Source: Okeania sp. (GTDB taxonomy: Bacteria; Cyanobacteriota; Cyanobacteriia; Cyanobacteriales; Microcoleaceae). From it: a stretch of 32,000 bases of DNA. The stretch lies in contig NZ_JAYKGW010000092.1 of assembly GCF_035285525.1 (NCBI RefSeq), positions 9,009 through 41,008 of the forward strand, written 5' to 3'. The notes below the pieces were generated by a model. That model was not told where the DNA came from and ran no database searches. It saw only the letters and a program-made list of their open reading frames with translations. The number at the start of each line of letters is the position of its first letter. Positions within the stretch are counted from its first letter, which is position 1. Positions 1 through 9,000 of this stretch are shown here, piece after piece. The translations under genes and the position numbers were made by a program.

Positions 1-2
1 TA

Positions 3-3000
3 GATGCGGGTCAAACCTCAACCAATATTGGTATCGAAGCCATAGATAACCAAATTGCTCAAGGGGATAAAACCGTAACCGTAGCTATAGAAAGGAGTAA
101 CCCCGCGAGCCAAGCAACCCTAAATATCAAAGATGACGAAAAAGCAGGAATAGAATTTGCCCAACTCAGCAAAACAGCTACTATCGAAGTTCCCGCTATC
201 AAATTAGAAGTAACCACTGCTTACAATTCTAGCACGGGAGCGATCGGCTTAAAAATCGCCCAAGGCGCTCAAAGCTATACTTTTGCAGCCGACACCACCA
301 TAACCTTTACTAATGGTGTCGAAATAATTATTCCGGCTGGCACGACTCTGAGTAATAATGCAGCCACAGTCACTGTCGCCCAAAATCTAGGCAGTATCCC
401 CATTGCCGAAACCAGCACTACGGAAAATCGGCTGTTGGATGTAGGCATTCTCTCCTACAACGAAGATTCTAACGGCAACGTCACCGCCAACGTCCAAGTA
501 CGTTTAACCCAAAGACCAGCGGGAAATATCAGTGTCACCCTTACTGATGCTAACGGTAGCGACAGTGCCATTTTCAACTTCACCAATACTAACTGGAATA
601 AATACCAACAAACCAACGCCAGCAACTTCCTACAATTAACCTCTGCCAACAACGCAGTTGCTTTAACCGCCAAAGTTGGCAACGCTAATACCATTAACTT
701 GCCTTTATCAGCTAACGTTGTGGCAACTCCATTAGGAAATATCAACACTGGTACTGGCAACCAACTGATAACCACAGAAGGGGAACGAATAGAATTTACT
801 GCTACCAAAGCCTACGATGCTAACGCGGGTACTGTAGAAATAGAACTATTCAACCGTTCTAGCGATTACACCCTTACTGCGGATCAAGTTATCGTCTTCA
901 ATAACGGTACTCAGGCACGAGTTACAACAGACACCGCCCTGAAATTAGGTCAGGCAAAAGCAGTTCCTGTAACCCTAACTCAGGGCACAGCTATTCCTGT
1001 TAACCAAGAAGGTTCGGTAGTATTGCCGTCAGGTGAAACTACGGTGGCAGTGCGGTTGTCGTCACAACCTACTAGTGGCAATGTGGGTTTAGATTTAACT
1101 ATCGACAACAGCAGGGAAGGTAAATTTAAGAGCAACAATACCCAAGCCGAAACCCTCACCTTCACTCAGCAAAACTGGAACCAGTACCAAGAAGTGACAG
1201 TGAAAGGGGAAGACGATCTACTTGTTGATGGTAATATAACTTACAATTTGAACGTCAAAGGTCAAAACGGCAACGCTGACAGCAATTATAAGGGTACCTT
1301 ACTACAATCCATATCAATAACTAACGAAGATAACGACAGAACTCCCGATCCAACCCAAACAACTAACAATTTCAACCAACCTCCGATAATTGCCGATCTG
1401 ACCGCAGATAAAACCCAGATCGACGAAAATGGCGGTAAAGTTATTGCTACCTTCAAGTTAAACAAACCCGCACCTGTAGGAGGCTTAAACATTGAATATG
1501 AAGTCATCAGTGAAACTGCATCGACTTCACAAGACTTGCAAACACCTTTTGTGTTTGTAGAGAACAACCCCTTAAGTATGGCGGATCGAATACCACCAGC
1601 TAATTTGGCATCAACTAATGGCGATTACCTACCGTCAATCGTTCCAGTTTTTGTGGACTGGGATCAGGACGGAGATTTAGATGTTTTTGGAGGGGAATAC
1701 GCATTTTTCAAGCCAGCTTACACCGAAGGTATTACTTATTACGAAAACACAGGGGATAAAAACAATCCTGTATTTGTACAACGCACTGGCGCCCAAAATC
1801 CTTTGAGCAGCATTGTTAATATTGATGCTCCTGCTCCCGCATTTATAGATATTGGTAACGATGGAGATTTAGACGTTTTTATTGGCGATGTAGATGGGCA
1901 AATTCACTACTTTGAAAATACGGCTTCTGGATTCGTGAAAAGAACCGGGGCTAATAATCCTTTTAATTCTATAAATGGTGGCGATCCAGCCAGACGCTTT
2001 CCCCTTACTCCTACTTTTGTAGATATAGATGCGGATAAAGATTTAGATTTCTTTGCAGTGTATCGGGATGGAATAGCTCGAGATACAGTTGTTTTCTTTG
2101 AAAATAATGGAGGGAATTTTGTTCAACGCACTGGAGCAGATAATCCCCTAAATGGAAAAGGAAGTATTGATGGTGCCGTAAAATTTGGAGACCTAGATAA
2201 CGATGGCGATTTTGATGCAGTTTTTGATGGTGTCTATGGAACAGTTTACTATCGAAACATAGGAAATGCTATAAATCCAGTTTTTGAAATCAGTGAGCAA
2301 CTTTCCCCATTTAGGGGATTGGGTCTCAATATTTTTGGGCGACTGGACTTAGTAGATATTGATAACGATAACCAATTAGAGTTGTTCGTTGGTTATCGTA
2401 ACGTGGCGTTTTACGAGCAGTTGTCCTACCAGAACCCGCTTACAGTTAATATACCTGAAGGTAAATCGCAAGCAACTGTCGAGATTAGAGCGATGGATGA
2501 CGCCATCGTAGAAAACAAAGAAAACTTCACCGTTCGACTGATTGACAGAAATGATGAAAGCGATGTCAATGAGACCCTAACTCTCGAAGTAACAGAAAAC
2601 TATCAGGTATACACTCCTCCAGGAAGTCAAAGTTTTTCTAGCAACTCTGTCGGGCTGCAAATTAAACAGTCAAGCACTTTACCGAAAAACCTGGTAACAA
2701 CAGATAATCGTTTCAAAATAACCAATGCTTTTGATTCTGTTAACAAAAAAGTAACCTTAGATATCAATAATGCCAGCGGCTCTATTGCAATCCCAGCAGG
2801 AGAAACACTGACATTTAAAAATGGCACCGTTGTAGAAGTGAGTACTGCTACTACTGTGCAAGCAGGAAGCCCTCAAGTAGTGAATGTTGTACTCAAAGAA
2901 GTTCCTCCTTATAGTATCCCTCTAGGCACTCAACTGACATTCAACGACGGTAGTAAAGTCACTGTCGCCGAAACAATATCAATATCTGCTTTCAATAGCA

Positions 3001-6000
3001 CATCAGTGCAAGTACAAGCGCAAAGCGACACTGCTCTCCAGCCTAATACAGGAGATACAACTAAACTCAGTCGCAGCAACCAATTGCGAACATTTGTAAA
3101 TGTAGATGTTACCAGCGCTTATGACGGATCGACCGATAGCAACCTGCAACTGAAGTTAAACGAAAGCCAACTAAATAAATTCACCCTAAAACAGGGAACC
3201 GAAATAAGTTTCAACAACGGACAAACCATTGTTACTGTTGGCAGTGATACAGAAATAAACCCATCGACAGCCACAGCAGTACCAGTAACTACAACCAGTG
3301 CAACCAAAACCATAGCTGCCAACCAAAGCACAACAGCCAGCACCCCATTTGAAGCCCAAATAACCATCCTTGACAACGACACTCCTGGAGTTCGTGTCAC
3401 CACCGATTTAGCTAGCAAAAACGTCGTTTCTGGCACATTCAACACCACCGAAGCTGGAGGGGAGCAAACGTTCTACTCTCGCCTAGAAAGCGAACCCCTA
3501 GAACCAGTATCAGTGTTTGTGGGTAGTAGCAAGAAAGAGGAAGGATTATTAGATGGCAAAGAAGTCATCGAACTCCAATTTGACAGAACCAACTGGAATA
3601 TTCCCCAAGCATTTACAGTCAAAGGTGTCGATGACCTAATTCAAGACGGCAATGTTGCCTACAACCTGAAAACCACTGTCGAAAGTCGTGGCGACCTCAA
3701 CTATCGCGAAGGCGCAATAGATATTGATGTCCTCCAAGGCTTAAATAACGGTAAAGTTCAACTAGAACTAAACGAACTCAACATAGAGAAAGCTCAACTA
3801 CCTCAAGGAACTAAGTTAAACTTCAGTAACGGTACTGTAGCCACAGTAGGTCAAACCGTCACCCTAGATAATGACGAAACTAACACTCCAGTTGATGTCA
3901 GTGTCACCATAGAACCAAACACCCTGGGATTTGGTGCCACAAGCAGCAACGGTAGTTGGCAGGTAAGCGAAGCATATAACCACGGCCTCAAACAGGTAGA
4001 ATTAAGAAATACCACTGGCAACCCCATCACCCTCACCAAAAACCAAACCATCAAATTTAACAACGGTGGGGAACTGAGAATAGATGCAGACATCACTATC
4101 GCCGAAAACAGTCGGGACTTAGCTAAGGCTACATTAACGACAAACCCCAATACGCTCCCACTCCTAGCAGTAGGCACAACTAATAATAACGGTAACTTTG
4201 AAGTAACTACCACCTACAACAACACCCAAAAACAATTAGGATTAAAAAATACCACCGGTACTGCCAAGAATCTCAAAACAGGAGATATTATCAGCTTTAC
4301 CGACGGTACATCTTTCATTGTAACTACGGATGTGACGATTGCAGCCAACAGTACGAGTAAGGTATCGGGTGCATTAGAGGTATCTGGACTGACAACCTCC
4401 TTCATTAAAGACATCTCCCCAGATATCAACCTCAGTAACACCGACAACGATGTCGCCGGCCTAGTTTTAGTAAACGTAGAAGAAATAGCAGCCAAAGAGG
4501 GAGTTTCTAACAACTTCTATAAAGTCGAGCTAAAAACTGAACCCACAGATACTGTCACCGTAGTAATGACGCCCTCCGACGACCAAATCGCCCTAGAAGG
4601 GAAACTTCCCGGAGAACCTTTAACTATTACTTACGATGCCACTAACTGGAATGTTCCCCAAACCATCGGCGTCACCGCAGTAGATGACTTTGAAGTAGAA
4701 TTTGACCATACCACAAATATTGCCTTCGACACCTCTAATAGTGCCGACAGTGTTTACGCAGGATTGAACGTTAGCAATGCTGGAGTCAAAGTCAATATTA
4801 TTGACAACGATTTACCAACAGCCAGCGTCTTGTCAGTAGCAGGAGCCATAGAAGCAAACGCCCCCGGTTACTTCACCATCAACCTAGATAAACCCCTGCC
4901 AGACAAATTCGATGACACAGGTTTAAAAATCAACTACACCGTCAGTGGTACTGCGGATACGAATGGAGTCAGTCCTACAGATGACCTGCAACCCATAGCT
5001 ACCGGAAGCGCTCGTATTGCTCCTGGAGAAAGTAGAACGCCATTGATAGCCTTCCCCATAGATGACTTCAAAGCAGAAGGTACTCCTTTAGAGGTTGTCG
5101 GTGCTTACAATGGAACCAGCATCAGCCTGAAAGTCAAAAATGGCGTCAGTTTAGATAATCCAGCTACGAGCGTGGTAGAGAATACAGTCACTCTGAAGGC
5201 AGGAACGAAATTAACCTTTAGTAATGGAGCGATCGGAACAGTTGGCAGTGACGTTACTTTCAACCAAACAGGCAATAAAGCAGTTAATATTACCAAAGCT
5301 CCGGAAAGTTCCAAAGCCCTAAATACCATTGCTGTTGCGGATACCACTCGCATTGCTTCAGAAACAGTAATCGTTGAAGTTACTGCCGGAAATGGCTACC
5401 AAGTCAGTAGCGACGAAAATATTGCTACCCTAGAAATAGAGGATAATGATATCCCTGGAGTGCGGGTAGTGGAGGCATCGGAACGAACTACCGTCACTGA
5501 AGGAGAAGCACCAGCCCAATACTTCATCTCCCTCTTGACTGAACCCACTGCTGACGTTACGATTAATATCGCCCCAGTGCAAAAAACTCGAAATTTAACT
5601 GTTACCAAAGATTTAAGTGGTGGTGTAGTAGAGTTAAAAGTTAACGATCCTAAAGTTAACTCTCTCTTGTTGCCAGTAGGAACAGTCCTCAATTTTGGTG
5701 GTGGTAAAACAGCAACCGTAGCAGCGGATACTTTCGTAGGTTCAAAGGGGAATAGCGTTAATGTCAACACTGTCTCTGGCAGCATTACCACAGGGAACAC
5801 GACCACCTATTCTTACCAAGAACTATCATCTACCAACTCCCTAACATTTAACTCCAACAACTGGTATCAGTTACAGCCAGTTAACGTTACAGGTTTAGAT
5901 GACAACGTAGCCGAAGTCGGAAATACCCATGAGGCGACCCTAGAATATACCATCACCAGTGGCGACAGTGACTACAACAATCTCAAGGTTCCAGCTCAGA

Positions 6001-9000
6001 TTATTGATATTAAAGATCGTCCTTTCGATCCCAATACCACCGCTAGCAGTCTCACCCAAGGATTACTAACATTCCAAGAGAGTCTCGACACCCTCAGTCT
6101 GCCTCTGATAGGAACACTAGAAGGTACAGCTCCTCCCTTTATCCGCAACGTTATTACTGACGTAGTAGCAGAAGTGCGGGCGATGGAGTTCGTGACTGGA
6201 GAAAAACTAGCCAAAGCCTTCACTAACTCATTTAACAACAACATCAACAATGGTGGAGCAGTAACCGTAGAAATCACCGATCTATCGAGCAGCAATATTA
6301 GCTTTAAAGTTAACGCGACAGACAAGTTCAATAACACACCCATATCTCTCGCCAGCGATTTAGGATTGCCTGCATTAGGCATTGGTATGGAAACAAATGG
6401 TAACCTCAATGCCAACTTTGACTACAACTTCGACTTCGCTTTCGGACTCAATGACACCGACGGTTTCTATATAGATACCGCCAATACTAACCTCAATGCC
6501 AATGCCGCAGTTAAATTAAGCGACAACTTCAATGCTAAAGGTAGCTTAGGCTTTTTGCAACTGGATATGACTAACGGTATCAATGTTGCTCAAGGAGACA
6601 CCAAAGGAACGGAAGTCAATGCTACTTTCGATATTGGCTTAAAAGACGCCAACAACAAACTAACCGTAACCGAATTGAAAAACTTGCGTAAACAAGGAAA
6701 GCTATCGAGCATTCTTGATTATGGTTTCGCTGGGGATGCAGCTTTAGACGTGGATGTAGTTACCTCAGTCAAAGGCAGCACAGCATTACCATCTTACAGT
6801 TTCAATCTCTTTAGTGACTTACCGCTGTTCAACTATACCAATGCAGCTCAACAACCACCTCAACCCACAACCGTATCCATTGCCGGATCGACTAATGTCA
6901 GCATTGAAGAAAAAACGGCTAAGTCAATTAACATCAGCATTGCCGACAACGGTAACAATAAGCCTAACGAAAATATCCGACTGCCAAAAGGCACTCAGTT
7001 AGTCTTCACCTGGGGTAACAATAATCAAGAGACAGCCATCATAGATAAAACTGTCACCATCGCTGAAGGTAGCATCGGTGCAGCCTTAGTTAAACTGAAA
7101 AGTGATAACGTCAAAGACAACAATAAAACAGTAACCATTAATAGTAATGCTAGTGCCAAGTTAGAAGCAGGTGCATTTAATATCGCTTTCAATAACATGA
7201 CCTTAGACTTTGGTAGCTTTGTTACCGGAGTAGTCAGCCCCGTAGTCGATTTCCTTGCCAACGTTGTCGAACCCATTACCCCTGTAGTCAATGCCCTCAA
7301 CGAGCCAATAGGTTTCTTCAACGACGTCGGTTTAACATCAGAATTTGACCAAAACGGCGACGGACAAGCAAATATTATCGAAGTCGCAGGCACTATTATC
7401 GAAAAACTGCCTTCTCGTGGTGGTAAAGCCAAAATTGATTACATCCAATTCTTCGATGCCATTGTCGGCGTCACTGAGTTAGTCGGAGCAGTGAAAGACT
7501 TGCAAAGTAGCCTCGGAGCTGGAAACAACTTTGCTATCGACTTTGGCAGCTATACCCTACAAAACTTCCAAGGTGCTTCTCCCACCACCAGCGCTGCTGA
7601 TGTCAACCCCCAAACCCAAGGCAGCAGTCAACTCAACTCTAATACCAGAAACCAAAGCCAAAATAAAGGTTTGGGCAAACAAAGCCTTTCTCAAAAGGTT
7701 GATAAAATGTTTGGCGCCTTAGACAAACTCGGTATTAGCATCCCCGTCTTGGAAGACCCCTTCACTGCTATCAACCTCTTCCTGGGCAACGACATCGACT
7801 TGATTACCTACGATATGCCAGCCTTGGATATCCAATACGAAATTAATAACAAGTTCACAATTCTAAATTTACCGCCAGTAGATGGATTAATTCAAGGTGA
7901 ATTTTCCGTGTTTTCAGATTTAGTCTTCGGTTTGGATACAGTAGGTTTCAGCGCTTGGGAGAAAACAGGATTCGACCCAGCTCAAAGCTATCTAGTCTTA
8001 GACGGTTTATACCTCAGTGATGTAGACCCCAATACGGGTGTAGATGTGGATGAGCTTTCCGTCGATGCTACAATGGCAATAGGAGCCAAACTGAATGCGG
8101 TAGTTGCTTCGGCTACAGTTCTCGGTGGCATCACGGGTGAAGTTGGTTTGGATGTGGTAGATATCGGGGAATACACCGGACAAAGCGATGGTAAGATTCG
8201 GGGTTCCGAAGTGTTCTCACGGATTAGTAATCCTTTGAGTCTGTTCGAGTTAGCAGGTTCCATTGAAGCATTCTTCCGGGCTATTGTGAAAGTCGGAGTA
8301 GATTTAGGTTTCTTTGAAATCACCAAGACAGTTTACGATAAAGAATTGGCTCGCGTTCCCATCTTTGAGTTTGCTCTGGGAGGTGCCCCAGGTGGTGGCG
8401 GTAGTACAGGTGGCGGTAGCGGTAGCAATGCCGGTACTGCTGCTAGCGGTTATATTGAGGGAGGGACAGTATTTCTGGATACTAACTTTAATTTAGCACC
8501 AGATCCCCTAGAACCGAAGACAACTACGGACGAGTTAGGAAACTATAATCTGGAGTTTGAACTGGCATTATTTGATGCCAATGAAAATGGCAAAATAGAT
8601 GATGATGAAGGTCAAATTGTGGTAGTTGGTGGTACAGATGTAACTACTGGTTTGCCTCTAGCTATTTCTCTGGTTGGTAATGCCACAACTGGCAGTGTGG
8701 TGACACCTATTACTACCATTAAAAATGGTTTGGAACAACTAGGTTTAGATGTGAAAACTGCCAACAAAATCCTCAGTAAAACTTTGGGATTAGATTCAGA
8801 CTTAGACGATTTCGATGCTTATGAAGCGCAAGGAGAAGACTTGACGGTAGGAGTAAATACAGCTCTATCTCATATCTTGCTGCACAGTTTAACAATTAAC
8901 GGTGCTGCCTTCTTAAAAGGCGCTGGTTTTGATGGCAATGCTGCCGAATCTGCGAAAATTTTAACCGATGCAATTGTTAAAAAATTAAGCACGGAAGATG

